Below the pieces are notes generated by a model. It worked only from the letters and a program-made list of their open reading frames with translations, was not told the DNA's origin and did not search any database. The position numbers and the translations under genes were made by a program. From an uncultured Methanobrevibacter sp. (lineage in GTDB: Archaea > Methanobacteriota > Methanobacteria > Methanobacteriales > Methanobacteriaceae), in contig NZ_CACYJE010000006.1 of assembly GCF_902774605.1 (NCBI RefSeq), forward strand, positions 3,818 to 67,817: a stretch of 64,000 nt of DNA, given 5' to 3'. Positions 36,839 through 47,346 of this stretch are shown here, piece after piece. Position 1 is the stretch's first letter, and each line of letters starts with the position of its first letter.

Positions 36839-37438
36839 TTATTTTTTAGGATATTTTAACGGATGATTCTCACACATAGGGTCCTTTATGAGATTGCGCT
36901 TCATATGATAGTTCAAGAAGTAAAGCATCCATTCATTGGACAATTCCCTTAGGGAAGCGTCGTCTAACCTTTCGAACGGTGAGAAGAAATCCATCTGATT
37001 GCCCCCTACGACGAATGCAATCTCCTTTGTCTCAACAAGCATGAAAAAATCATTGCGGATATTGTGAATGTCGAAATCATCCATGCTGGAAACTGTCTTG
37101 TCCTTCTTGTAGTTATAGAAGAAAGTGTTCAAGTACTCGAAATCAATGAACTTGATGTCTTTGACTTCAAAGTAGACTTCCTCGCTTAAAAGCTTGTTTT
37201 TGAAATCGTATTTTGACAGGAAATCCACATCCCATATGTTATTGTAAAACGCTGTGAAAAATGAATCCTCAGCAAAGCGTGCAGTCAATGAGAATTCCTC
37301 ATTATTCTTTTTAGGAGTTCCAAGCTCAACATCCTTGAACTCAACGTATATGGAATCATGAGCGATTTCTATGGAAGTCCATTTGCCTGAATTTATTATT
37401 ACATCACGAATTAACTTTAAAGACCTGACATTCATCAT
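36839..37438 (-). CDS. Hypothetical protein
   Basis: 199 aa ORF; start overlaps the upstream gene's stop. Confidence 0.6.
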   Translation of the reverse strand: MMNVRSLKLIRDVIINSGKWTSIEIAHDSIYVEFKDVELGTPKKNNEEFSLTARFAEDSFFTAFYNNIWDVDFLSKYDFKNKLLSEEVYFEVKDIKFIDFEYLNTFFYNYKKDKTVSSMDDFDIHNIRNDFFMLVETKEIAFVVGGNQMDFFSPFERLDDASLRELSNEWMLYFLNYHMKRNLIKDPMCENHPLKYPKK

Positions 37439-38028
37439 AGCACCTTATCCCGTGTGAAGGTTTCATATGCCCCTTCAATTTCATATTCCTTTTCATCATC
37501 GTATGACTTATCCCATTTAAAAGGATTAATCTCTATTTGGTTGTTAACAGTCTCATCCCAGTCAATGGTGAAACCTTCCTCTTTCAAAGTCCCGGCAACT
37601 GTCCTGCCGATTTTTAATGCCTTATCCTCATCATTCTCGAAATCCCCGAAGGTGATTTTGAGCTTGGCATCCCATACGGATTCCTCAACATCCTCGAAGG
37701 TGTAAAAGCAAAAGCCCTCGCAGTGATGCTTGTTGTTGATGAGGTGAACATTCAGCTCAAACGCATCGGCCACACCTTCCTCAATGTCGAATCCACAATT
37801 GTGGATTGCAATGATGTCCTCATCTGCCAATTTGGCAAATGCATTCTCCAATCTGGAGAAGTTCTCGTTTGAGGAATCGGGCAATGAGATATTGTAGCTG
37901 GAAAAGTCAATCTCCTCCTCGATGAACTGGTCCTCCAGTATTTCCACAATCTCATCGGTTGAGAAAAACCCGGATTTAGTTAGAAGCTCAATCAGGTACT
38001 CTATTTCCTCAACCAAATCCTCATCCAT
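37435..38028 (-). CDS. Acidic hypothetical protein (DUF6891-like)
   Basis: RLENAFAKL...IIA.HNCG...G..F..F...ED...L...FG, G..V...L...G....W; start MDEDL after GGTGA. Confidence 0.55.
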   Translation of the reverse strand: MDEDLVEEIEYLIELLTKSGFFSTDEIVEILEDQFIEEEIDFSSYNISLPDSSNENFSRLENAFAKLADEDIIAIHNCGFDIEEGVADAFELNVHLINNKHHCEGFCFYTFEDVEESVWDAKLKITFGDFENDEDKALKIGRTVAGTLKEEGFTIDWDETVNNQIEINPFKWDKSYDDEKEYEIEGAYETFTRDKVL

Positions 38029-38032
38029 GATT

Positions 38033-38725
38033 TCACCTTTCATCGTCACCGAATATCAAAAGCCTTGTGATGTTTCCCCTTTCAGTGTATCCTGCCATGA
38101 CACGGGCTTCACCGATTTTTGCAAGAGCGAAATCATCATGCGGCTTGAAACCATAGCCCTTGAGCTTGGTGTATGATTCGAATGCGATTTTTGGGTAAAT
38201 GTTAAAGTTCTTCTGGAAAGTGTAGAATGTGTCCCTGAATTTTTTAGCGGAGTCGACCTCTTCAATCAGGTCGGATTTGATTAAAACGAAGATATCCAAT
38301 CCATCTTCTGAAATGCCGTAGTAGGCATCCATGTTCAATATGCCTGTGGCAACCATCGCCAATGTGTGGCAGTCATTGAAATCGGCATTGAGAACCGGTG
38401 ATGTGAATTCCTTGACGTCGAATTGCTCACCGATTGACTTGATTTCATTTGCAGCTTCAATCAATTCATTTCCGAAGATGTCCTCATTGTCCCATGCCCA
38501 TGACCATTGGTTGGCGTCCTGCATGTAGAATCCCAGTACCTGAGCTGGAAATTCAATGTCCCCGAAGGTGACGATTCCATTTTCAATGTCCAAGTCACCG
38601 ACTGTTTCTCCGATTAGTTCTGATAGGTTTTCCTGTTTGTCAAGTGCCAATGCACCGTATTTTGATAATATTATTTTAAAAGAGTCCCCTTGTTCTATTT
38701 CAACTGGTTTTTCTATTACTTTCAA
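38033..38725 (-). CDS. Hypothetical protein (DUF6882-like)
   Basis: KQ..L....G....D...G...F, QVLG......WSWAW.N pattern. Confidence 0.55.
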   Translation of the reverse strand: MKVIEKPVEIEQGDSFKIILSKYGALALDKQENLSELIGETVGDLDIENGIVTFGDIEFPAQVLGFYMQDANQWSWAWDNEDIFGNELIEAANEIKSIGEQFDVKEFTSPVLNADFNDCHTLAMVATGILNMDAYYGISEDGLDIFVLIKSDLIEEVDSAKKFRDTFYTFQKNFNIYPKIAFESYTKLKGYGFKPHDDFALAKIGEARVMAGYTERGNITRLLIFGDDER

Positions 38726-38734
38726 TTATAACAC

Positions 38735-39970
38735 CTAAAATTCTAGTTTAGAAATTCTATCCATTGCCTCTTTAGTATTTTCCAATGTATTGAATGCAGT
38801 TAATCTTAAGTATCCTTCACCGCTTGGTCCGAATCCGGAACCTGGAGTTCCAACAACGTTAGCCTCGTTGAGCAGTATGTCAAAGAAGTCCCAGGAGTCC
38901 ATGTCGTTTGGAGTCTTGACCCAAATGTAAGGTGAGCTTATTCCACCGTAGACTTCAAGGCCAATGTCGCTTAGGCTTTCGCGAATGATTTTAGCGTTTT
39001 CCATGTAGTAGTCAACAACTTCCCTGATTTGCTTCTGGCCTTCCGGAGAGTATGTTGCTTCAGCTGCCCTTTGCACAGGATAGGATGCTCCGTTGAACTT
39101 GGTGGTTTGTCTCCTGTTCCATAACGGGTTGATTTCAACTTCGTTTCCTTCACTGTCGAATCCTTTCAATTCCTTAGGAACAACAGTGTATGCGCAACGG
39201 GTACCTGTGAATCCTGCGGTTTTTGAGAAGCTCTTGAATTCAATTGCAACTTCCTTTGCACCTTCAATCTCGTAGATGCTGTGAGGAACATTGTCCTCGT
39301 TGATGAACACTTCATAAGCCGCATCGAACAGTATCACGGCATTGTTTTCCCTTGCATAGTCGACAAATACTTTTAATTGGTCTTTTGTCAAGGTTGTGCC
39401 TGTTGGGTTGTTAGGGTAGCATAAGTAGATTATGTCCACAGGCTCTTCGGGAAGGGCCGGCACGAATCCGTTTTCAGCATTGCATTTGAGGTAGGTCAGG
39501 CCTTCATACATTCCATCATCACCCATTTCACCGGTTCTTCCGGCCATGACGTTGGTGTCTACGTATACTGTGTATACTGGATCGGTGACTGCAATCTTGT
39601 TGTCTATTCCGAAGATTTCCTGAATGTTACCGGTGTCACATTTCGCACCGTCGCTGATGAACACTTCTGAAGTGTCAAGGTCGATGCCGTATTTGTTGTA
39701 ATCATTTTTAATGATAGCCTCTGCTAGGAACCCATAACCTTGTTCAGGACCGTAACCCATGAATGTTTCACCATCTGCCATTTCATCTACCGCTTTTCTG
39801 AATGCATCAACCACTGCAGGCACTAAAGGCTTGGTAACGTCCCCAATACCCATTTTGATAATGTCTGCGTCAGGATTTGCTTTTGAAAATTCTGCTTCTC
39901 TTCTAGCCACTTCCACAAAGAGGTAGCTGCTTTTTAGTTTAAGATAGTTCTCATTAATTTTAACAACCAT
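38735..39970 (-). CDS. dapL: LL-diaminopimelate aminotransferase
   Basis: [53 protein letters not shown]. Confidence 0.95.
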   Translation of the reverse strand: MVVKINENYLKLKSSYLFVEVARREAEFSKANPDADIIKMGIGDVTKPLVPAVVDAFRKAVDEMADGETFMGYGPEQGYGFLAEAIIKNDYNKYGIDLDTSEVFISDGAKCDTGNIQEIFGIDNKIAVTDPVYTVYVDTNVMAGRTGEMGDDGMYEGLTYLKCNAENGFVPALPEEPVDIIYLCYPNNPTGTTLTKDQLKVFVDYARENNAVILFDAAYEVFINEDNVPHSIYEIEGAKEVAIEFKSFSKTAGFTGTRCAYTVVPKELKGFDSEGNEVEINPLWNRRQTTKFNGASYPVQRAAEATYSPEGQKQIREVVDYYMENAKIIRESLSDIGLEVYGGISSPYIWVKTPNDMDSWDFFDILLNEANVVGTPGSGFGPSGEGYLRLTAFNTLENTKEAMDRISKLEF

Positions 39971-40285
39971 GATTAATCCTCATAAATATTAATCTAATTT
40001 ATATTTTATTTTCGCAATATATAAAATAAGTGTTTTAAATATAATCGTTGAAAATTCTTATTTGATTATAGAAAAATATCAACACTCACCAACCGACAGG
40101 ATATGAAAAATCAATTCGTGAATGGATCAAAGGCTTTAAATAATTAAAAAATATCATCAAATAATGAATATTAATCAGCATTGTGGAATTTGAGGGATTG
40201 TGGTGAAAAATTTAAATCCTATAAAAATATTTAAATTAATGAAAATAACATAAATAATATATACAATATAAAGGGTTGGGAAATA

Positions 40286-41767
40286 ATGAATGACATTACC
40301 ATAATACTTTGGATAACTATAGCTCTCATCGCAATCATAGCGATAATAATAGTTAAACTGCACTATAAAGGCGATGAGTTAGAGAAGGATGAAGGATCAA
40401 TACTTCCAAGTACGGAAAGTATAAGCAAGGCATTGAACACTGGCAAAAACACCATCGGTGCAATCAGCAGCAATAAAAATGAAAATCCTTCACGAGAGCG
40501 ACGTAGTTTATCCCCAAGCACATCCCAACAAAGCACAGGCGCCATTTTCGCAAGAACCACTGAAACATCCCCTAAAAACGATGTTTACATTGTGCCTGAA
40601 GTAGAAGTTGAAAACAACAACTTAAAAAGTTTCGAATACGAATCTCAAAATCAAATACTTATAAATTATGATAATAATGTTGAAAAATTTCAAGAACCAA
40701 TTAAACAAAGCCAGATGGATATTATGACTCAAAATAACAAAGACACAACCGAATTAAAAGACCTGTTCACAATCGACGAATTGATTAAGGAATCAAAAAG
40801 AAAAGACAGTGAAAGAGAAAAAGAATCTCAAAAAATTAACAAGGATGAAGAGGACGCTGAATTAAGACAGATTAAGGAAAGCATCAAGAACAAGACTGAA
40901 GAACCATTGATTGAAGAAGTAATCAATGATGAAAAAGAAGAAAAGATCAGTGAAACCATCAAGGAAGAGGAAACCCCTTCACTCGCATCACAAAAGGACA
41001 TTGACGATGCAATCAGCACCGCTTCAAAGGAAAGCGAGGAAAAAGTGGAAAGCATCGCTGAAGAAAAGGACATCACCAACGTCCTGCTTGACCAGGAAAA
41101 CAAGGAGGAAATCTCCGAACCGACACTTAAAACCCCAAGCAAAGTCGATAAAAACAAGGATTACAAGCTAGGAGCATCAATCGATGATGCTGACCTGTTC
41201 GGCGAAGAGAAAGAAGAAGAAGCAGACACCATGGACCTGGATTACAGGAAAGACATTGACAAGTTCACACGCAAAATCAAGGGATCAAAAATCTTCCAGG
41301 AAGTCAAGGACAAATTATCCCCTGAAACCGAAGAAATCCCAGAGATGGACGAGCCGCAGGAATCCTACATTAGAAACGTCAACGAATACGATGAATACGA
41401 GCCTATAATCAACGAAACCCACTTGGACGTTGAAGCAAGCTATGATGAATTACATGACCTCGACTACACCCAAAAGCTAAGGGAAGAGAACACCAGAAGA
41501 GTGTTCAACATGGCTAAAAACTCACCTGAAGTTGAACCTGCACAGGCAGATATCGGCTCAATCAGAAGCAAGCCTGCAAGGGACAATATAAAAATCACAC
41601 TGAACAATAATGAAGTCGTGCTCAAGAAGGGCGATGAAATTATATACAATCACTTAGGCGAAACCTATTCCAGCCAAGTCTATGCAATTAACGGTGATGA
41701 CATCTCTGTTAGGTACAGGCGTAAAGATATTACAATTAAACCAAGTGATGTTAAAAAGATATACTAA
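40286..41767 (+). CDS. Membrane-anchored protein with long acidic disordered linker and small C-terminal beta domain
   Basis: Single N-terminal TM; E/K/D-rich middle; C-terminal ~60-aa beta-strand pattern. Confidence 0.65.
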   Translation: MNDITIILWITIALIAIIAIIIVKLHYKGDELEKDEGSILPSTESISKALNTGKNTIGAISSNKNENPSRERRSLSPSTSQQSTGAIFARTTETSPKNDVYIVPEVEVENNNLKSFEYESQNQILINYDNNVEKFQEPIKQSQMDIMTQNNKDTTELKDLFTIDELIKESKRKDSEREKESQKINKDEEDAELRQIKESIKNKTEEPLIEEVINDEKEEKISETIKEEETPSLASQKDIDDAISTASKESEEKVESIAEEKDITNVLLDQENKEEISEPTLKTPSKVDKNKDYKLGASIDDADLFGEEKEEEADTMDLDYRKDIDKFTRKIKGSKIFQEVKDKLSPETEEIPEMDEPQESYIRNVNEYDEYEPIINETHLDVEASYDELHDLDYTQKLREENTRRVFNMAKNSPEVEPAQADIGSIRSKPARDNIKITLNNNEVVLKKGDEIIYNHLGETYSSQVYAINGDDISVRYRRKDITIKPSDVKKIY

Positions 41768-41800
41768 ATATCTTTTAACAAAACTTTCTTTTTTTTAAAA

Positions 41801-42274
41801 TTATTCATGATTTATTCTGTATTCGCCATTCTCAACAATATACTTCGGTACACTGATTTTCAAAGAGCGAATAATGTTTAAATAGAAATCATCCAATTCC
41901 CTATCAGCATAAGGGTAGGTGAATTCGAAAATGTAGAGGTTGTTGTCCTCCACATACAGGAATTCATTGCGTCTCATCTGGTTTTCACCATCGTTGAATG
42001 ATGATATTATCATATAGTAGATATTGTCGTTGATGACGATGAAATCCGAATTGATCACAGTGATTTTCTCATTGTTCACGACATTCCTCTCGATGTCTGC
42101 GCGAATGTCTGGAAGCCCCACCAGTGTAGGGGTTGTTGAAAACTTGATTGACATTGGGATTTTAGTGTTCACCAGGTAGAGCTCGGTGAATTCGTCCTTG
42201 GCGTTGACCGGCTCGAAGTCCTTAGGCATCTGAAGTGTTGAAAACCCGTTTGTAAACATGGTCATTCTAATCAC
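41801..42274 (-). CDS. Hypothetical protein (possibly PsbP/Mog1p-like fold)
   Basis: 157 aa ORF abutting gltX; F.L.MP.DF start and Y.F.FT end pattern. Confidence 0.5.
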   Translation of the reverse strand: MIRMTMFTNGFSTLQMPKDFEPVNAKDEFTELYLVNTKIPMSIKFSTTPTLVGLPDIRADIERNVVNNEKITVINSDFIVINDNIYYMIISSFNDGENQMRRNEFLYVEDNNLYIFEFTYPYADRELDDFYLNIIRSLKISVPKYIVENGEYRINHE

Positions 42275-43945
42275 CTACTTATGGGCATAGTAGAATACGA
42301 GTTCATCGCCGGCAATCTCGTCGAGACGTGCAAATCCTACTCTTTCAAACTGCACCACGTCGCCGACCTTCAAGTCCTTCAATGCTGATTCTCCCAGACC
42401 TGTCTTGACGGATGCGTCATCCATGACTATTTTTACGTTTACATTCTCATCAACAGGCACCCATTGGATGATTCTTGCCTTGGCTTCACGTGCATCCTCA
42501 AATGAAGTTGAATGGTATGCGACAGCATCCCCATTAATATCAACGTTGACGGCATCCATCAATCTGAACATGCCATCCTTAAGGTCTGATTTGGCAAGGT
42601 ATGCGGTTCCGTCAAACTGCAAGTGCCTGTTTCCACGGTCAAGGTGGTCTGCGTGCAATGGCCTTTCAATGTCCATTTTACCATCAGAGTATCCTTCAAC
42701 AGTTATTTCAACAGGGTCTTCGCAGAAGAAGTACCTGTTTGCAACCGGTTCGAGGAAATTGCGGTTCAATCCGTAGATTTTCTTCCAGCTGATTGCTGAG
42801 TCAGCCATCTTGACGCCTATTTCAGTGATTAGATTGTAGATGGTTCTTGGGTCGATTCCACGCCTTGCAATAGCCCTCAGGGTACCGAGCCTTGGATCAT
42901 CCCATCCGCTGTAGGTTCCATCCTCTATTCCAGCCATCGCCTTTGAAGTACTGAGTGCAATGTCCTCCATTTTCAATCGGCCGTAATGGATGTATTCTGG
43001 AACGTCCCAGCCCATATGGTCATATAGGTATTTCTGCTTTTCGGTGTTTGCAAGATGGTCCTTTCCCCTAAGCACATGTGTCAATCCCATAAGATGGTCA
43101 TCCACAGCCACTGAGAAGTTCATCATAGGGTATATCCTGTACTTGTTGCCCAGCCTTGGATGGGTCTCGTCAACGAGCCTCATTGCAACCCAGTCACGGA
43201 TTGCAGGGTTCTTATGCTCAATGTCAGTCTTTACGCGAAGAACGGCTTCGCCCGCCTGCATGGTGTCGAATTTCTCCCACAGTTCAAGGTTTTCCTCAAC
43301 GGTATTGTCACGGCATGGACATGCCTTGCAGTTGTCCTTCAATTCCTTGAAGTCCCCGCCGTCACATGTGCACATGTAGGCTGCACCCTTCTCGATGAGC
43401 TGGCGTGCGTAATCATAATAGATGTCGAACCTGTAGGACTGATAGATTATCTCATCCGGATTGATTCCAAGCCATTCCAGGTCTTCAGGAATCATCTCAT
43501 ACGCTGGTTCAAAGACCCTTTTAGGGTCAGTGTCCTCTATCCTTAAAATCAGTTTTCCATTGTGCCTTTTAACGTATTCGGCATTAGGCACTGCTGCACG
43601 GGAGTGTCCGATGTGCAGCGGTCCGCTTGGGTTTGGTGCGAATCTCAACACGATGTTTTCATGTGTTCCCGGAAGCTCCTGAAGGCCTTTTTCCTTGGCT
43701 TTCGGTTTTTTCTCTTGAACTTCCACACCCAGCTTTTCCATTTCAGCCTGCTGCTCTTCAGGGCTTAATGCATTGACTTGTGCCACGATTTTACCGGACA
43801 TTGGACCTATTTCCTTTGCCCTGCTTCTGAGTTCAGGTTCGTTTGACATGATTGAACCCATTACAGCACCGGGATTTGCGGATCCCTTATGTTTGGCTGC
43901 ATTGAGTAAAGCATGCCTATAGATAATTTCTTCTAAATCATTCAT
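42275..43945 (-). CDS. gltX: Glutamate--tRNA ligase (archaeal)
   Basis: RFAPNPSGPLHIGH, LRIEDTDP, THVLRGKDH, WDDPRLGT, QFERVGF. Confidence 0.96.
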   Translation of the reverse strand: MNDLEEIIYRHALLNAAKHKGSANPGAVMGSIMSNEPELRSRAKEIGPMSGKIVAQVNALSPEEQQAEMEKLGVEVQEKKPKAKEKGLQELPGTHENIVLRFAPNPSGPLHIGHSRAAVPNAEYVKRHNGKLILRIEDTDPKRVFEPAYEMIPEDLEWLGINPDEIIYQSYRFDIYYDYARQLIEKGAAYMCTCDGGDFKELKDNCKACPCRDNTVEENLELWEKFDTMQAGEAVLRVKTDIEHKNPAIRDWVAMRLVDETHPRLGNKYRIYPMMNFSVAVDDHLMGLTHVLRGKDHLANTEKQKYLYDHMGWDVPEYIHYGRLKMEDIALSTSKAMAGIEDGTYSGWDDPRLGTLRAIARRGIDPRTIYNLITEIGVKMADSAISWKKIYGLNRNFLEPVANRYFFCEDPVEITVEGYSDGKMDIERPLHADHLDRGNRHLQFDGTAYLAKSDLKDGMFRLMDAVNVDINGDAVAYHSTSFEDAREAKARIIQWVPVDENVNVKIVMDDASVKTGLGESALKDLKVGDVVQFERVGFARLDEIAGDELVFYYAHK

Positions 43946-44065
43946 TTAATCATCACAATTTAAATCATTAATAAAATAAGTATTATTATTTATTTAACTA
44001 AAAATATATAAATATAGTGAGAGTATTTTAATTAAGAGTTTAGTTAAAAAAAATAGGATGGTACA

Positions 44066-45076
44066 ATGAGCGAATATGTTGAAACAGCAAAGCAATATAT
44101 TAGTGAAGGTAATGAAAAGGAAGCTCTTAAACTAGCTAGGAAAAGACACGGGAAAGATGATGTTGCATCATACATTGGCATTCTGGACCTGCTGATTGAA
44201 AACGATTACTTGCCTGCTCTTGAGGAGAAGGGAATCTACTACCAGTACTACGACGCCACCCATGACAATGGGGATTACGGCGAGAAGTACTTTGACGAGT
44301 ACCTTGAAAGGCAGCCACGCTCAATCAACGCATTATGCGACAAGGCAATGTCAAGGTTCAACAAGGGCCATATAGATGAGGCCCTGACCTATATGGACAA
44401 GGCACAGGACAGGTATTCATCATACAGCAAGATTGAAAAACCCCGAATATCCAAAAAAGAGCTTATAATGGCAAGGGTGGAGCTTTTAATACAGGCAAAA
44501 AGGTATGATGATGCCCTGAGGGGAGTGAATTCCTATGAGAACCAGTTCGGTTCGGACCAAAAGAGCGACCTGTACAAGGGCCAGATGCTTCAAAAGACCG
44601 GCAAGAACCGTGAAGCCCTCGAATACCTTGAAAAGTCCCTGCTGCAGGAGGACACACTCATCGCATTCAACGCCAAAGGGGATGCGCTGTATGAGTTGAG
44701 GGAGTATAAGGAAGCATTGAAATGCTTCAAGAACTGCATCCAATATGAGGGCAAGCTCAATGATGATGAGCTGGAGCTTAAAACCAACTTCAACTACAAG
44801 GCGGCGTTCTGCTGCGTAAACCTTGGCGATGACCAGGAGGCAGTCAAGTACCTCAACAAGACCATAAGCATGCTTAACGAGCACGGCAGGTTGCCTAACG
44901 ACATTGAAAAGATTTATCAGAAATGCTCCTTTGAAAAGGAAAGAATCATGAAAACCGGAGAGGTCAAGGACAAGGAATTCAAGAGGACAAGATTCTTCTC
45001 CGCCAGAACATCAATCATAATACTGATTATCATACTAATTCTATATGTTATTTTAAAAATGAACGGTTATGGATAA
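44066..45076 (+). CDS. TPR-repeat protein with C-terminal TM anchor
   Basis: Repeated KG..L...G...EAL.Y..K helices; C-terminal IIILIIILILYVIL. Confidence 0.75.
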   Translation: MSEYVETAKQYISEGNEKEALKLARKRHGKDDVASYIGILDLLIENDYLPALEEKGIYYQYYDATHDNGDYGEKYFDEYLERQPRSINALCDKAMSRFNKGHIDEALTYMDKAQDRYSSYSKIEKPRISKKELIMARVELLIQAKRYDDALRGVNSYENQFGSDQKSDLYKGQMLQKTGKNREALEYLEKSLLQEDTLIAFNAKGDALYELREYKEALKCFKNCIQYEGKLNDDELELKTNFNYKAAFCCVNLGDDQEAVKYLNKTISMLNEHGRLPNDIEKIYQKCSFEKERIMKTGEVKDKEFKRTRFFSARTSIIILIIILILYVILKMNGYG

Positions 45077-46088
45077 AGTGAGACTTGGAAAAACAAATTT
45101 GGAAGTGAACAAGATAGGATTCGGCGCACTGCCGATTCAGAGAAGAAACATGGATGACTCCATTGCAATACTGAACAGGGCATACGAGTCAGGAGTCGAC
45201 TTTTACGACACTGCGCGTTTCTACACCGACAGCGAAGAGAAGCTGGGAAGGGCATTCGAAGACGTGAGAAGCAACATTTATCTAGCGTCAAAAACAGCAG
45301 CGGAAACACCTGAGGATTTCTGGAATGACCTGGAAACCACCCTCAAGGAGTTGAGAACAGATTATCTTGACCTGTATCAGCACCACAACATTTCATTCTG
45401 CCCAAAGGAAGGCGATGAGCTTGCAAAAGCAATGGCTGAGGCAAAGGAAGAGGGCCGAATCAGGCACATTGGAATCACCACCCATAAGGTCACATTGGCC
45501 CATGAGGCACTTGACAGCGGATTGTATGAAACCCTGCAGTACCCATTCTCCTATCTAAGCGGAAAGGAGGAGCTGGAACTTGTTGAGAAATGCAGGAAAC
45601 TGGATGTCGGTTTCATTGCAATGAAGGCGATGGGTGGAGGATTGCTTAAGAATGCAAAGGCAAGCTTCGCATTCATGAACCAGTTCAGCAATGTCCTACC
45701 AATCTGGGGAATACAGCATATGAGCGAGCTTGAAGAGTTCCTCTCATACCCTCAGGACATGATTATCGACGATTCACTGAGGCAAGACATAGAGCATGAC
45801 AAGGAAGAGCTTGGAGACAATTTCTGCCGTGGCTGCGGATACTGCATGCCATGCCCTGAAGACATCAACATCAGCCTCTGCGCCAGAATGTCACTATGGA
45901 TCAGGCGCTTTCCAACAGAGCCGAACATGGACGAGAGGACACAGAAGATTATGGAAGGCACTAAGGACTGCATCGAGTGCTACGCATGCGTGGACAAGTG
46001 CCCTTATGAACTGGACATTCCAAGGCTTTTGAAGGAAAACTATGAGGATTACCAGAACGTATTGACCGGGAAAACAATTATAAAATGA
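45069..46088 (+). CDS. Aldo/keto reductase with C-terminal Fe-S domain
   Basis: LGKTNLEV..IGFG, FYDTARFY, LRTDYLDLYQ.H, CRGCGYCMPCP, CIECYACVDKCP. Confidence 0.88.
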   Translation: MDKVRLGKTNLEVNKIGFGALPIQRRNMDDSIAILNRAYESGVDFYDTARFYTDSEEKLGRAFEDVRSNIYLASKTAAETPEDFWNDLETTLKELRTDYLDLYQHHNISFCPKEGDELAKAMAEAKEEGRIRHIGITTHKVTLAHEALDSGLYETLQYPFSYLSGKEELELVEKCRKLDVGFIAMKAMGGGLLKNAKASFAFMNQFSNVLPIWGIQHMSELEEFLSYPQDMIIDDSLRQDIEHDKEELGDNFCRGCGYCMPCPEDINISLCARMSLWIRRFPTEPNMDERTQKIMEGTKDCIECYACVDKCPYELDIPRLLKENYEDYQNVLTGKTIIK

Positions 46089-46531
46089 AGACTGTCGTTA
46101 CTGATGAAAAGGATGAGAGGTTTCTTGAGCTTGTAAGGGAACTGGACAAGGGATACTATCGCCGCATCGGAGATGAACTGTCCAGGTATGATGAGTACAA
46201 CAGCCTTGAAAAGCCCCATGTGGTGATTCTGCTCATTGACTCCAACACCAATGTGGCTTGCGCAAGCTACAGGGTCATGAGTGATGACAGCGTTGAGTTC
46301 AAGAGGGTTTACGTTAAACCGCAATACCGCAGAAGAGGCATCGCATCCGAACTCCTCAAGGAACTGGAGAAGAATGCAAAACAAGAAGGATACAAGCATT
46401 CATTCATCATAACCGGTAAAAATAACCTTCCAGCAATCGGATTATATGAGAAGCTGAATTACCATAAGATTGCAAACATTGAAGGATTTGAAGATGACAA
46501 CACTGTCATTTCAATGAGAAAAGATTTTTAA
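46085..46531 (+). CDS. GNAT N-acetyltransferase
   Basis: EFKRVYVKPQYRRRGIA..LL, N..AI.LYEK. Confidence 0.88.
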   Translation: MKTVVTDEKDERFLELVRELDKGYYRRIGDELSRYDEYNSLEKPHVVILLIDSNTNVACASYRVMSDDSVEFKRVYVKPQYRRRGIASELLKELEKNAKQEGYKHSFIITGKNNLPAIGLYEKLNYHKIANIEGFEDDNTVISMRKDF

Positions 46532-46539
46532 GTGATACC

Positions 46540-47346
46540 ATGAGACAATGTATTGAAAACCCGAATGATGTTGACTGGACTGCATTTTGGGCTGAAAAGC
46601 TTGAAGGCAAAAAGGACAAGGATTGGGATAAGGCGGCGCCTGGATTCTTTAAGCGCACACGCAAGGAGGACTATCAGATAGCATTGTTCGACAAGCTCAT
46701 CCTTGATGAAAACGACACTGTCCTTGATGTGGGCTGCGGCGAAGGGTCAGTGACCATACCTATTGCCAAAAGGGTCAAAAGAGTCATTGGGATTGATTCC
46801 TCCCCTAAAATGCTGGAGTATCTTGAAAAAAGAGCAGGCGAAAATGATATTGACAACATTGAAACCATCCTGAAGCCCATTGAGGAAATCAGTTATGATG
46901 AAATAGGCGATGTTGACGTTGTGGTGTGTTCAAGGTCCCTGAATGGAATCATCCCCATTGAGGAAGTGCTATGTGAATTGGACAAGATAGCCAACAAGTA
47001 TGTTTTCATAACCATTTTCGGGCCGGAAAACAAGAAAATCGAGAAGGATTTCGATAGGGAGCTTGGAATCAAGACCGAGGATTTTCCGGATTACAATTAT
47101 TTCTTCAACATACTCTTCAACATAGGAATCTATGCGAATGTCGAGAGGTTTGATTTGAACAATTATCGGGAATATGAAAGCATTGATGAGGCCATGGACA
47201 ACGGCAAGTTCCGCCTTGACCTGTACAGTGATGAAGAAAAAGAATTATTAAGAGATTATCTGGAAAGGATACTCACTTTTGAAAACGGCAAGTACTTTAA
47301 TGTCAAGGACAAGGCCGATTGGATCATGATTTGGTGGAAGAAATGA
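46540..47346 (+). CDS. Class I SAM-dependent methyltransferase
   Basis: VLDVGCGEG, GIDSS..ML, DVVVCSRS. Confidence 0.85.
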   Translation: MRQCIENPNDVDWTAFWAEKLEGKKDKDWDKAAPGFFKRTRKEDYQIALFDKLILDENDTVLDVGCGEGSVTIPIAKRVKRVIGIDSSPKMLEYLEKRAGENDIDNIETILKPIEEISYDEIGDVDVVVCSRSLNGIIPIEEVLCELDKIANKYVFITIFGPENKKIEKDFDRELGIKTEDFPDYNYFFNILFNIGIYANVERFDLNNYREYESIDEAMDNGKFRLDLYSDEEKELLRDYLERILTFENGKYFNVKDKADWIMIWWKK

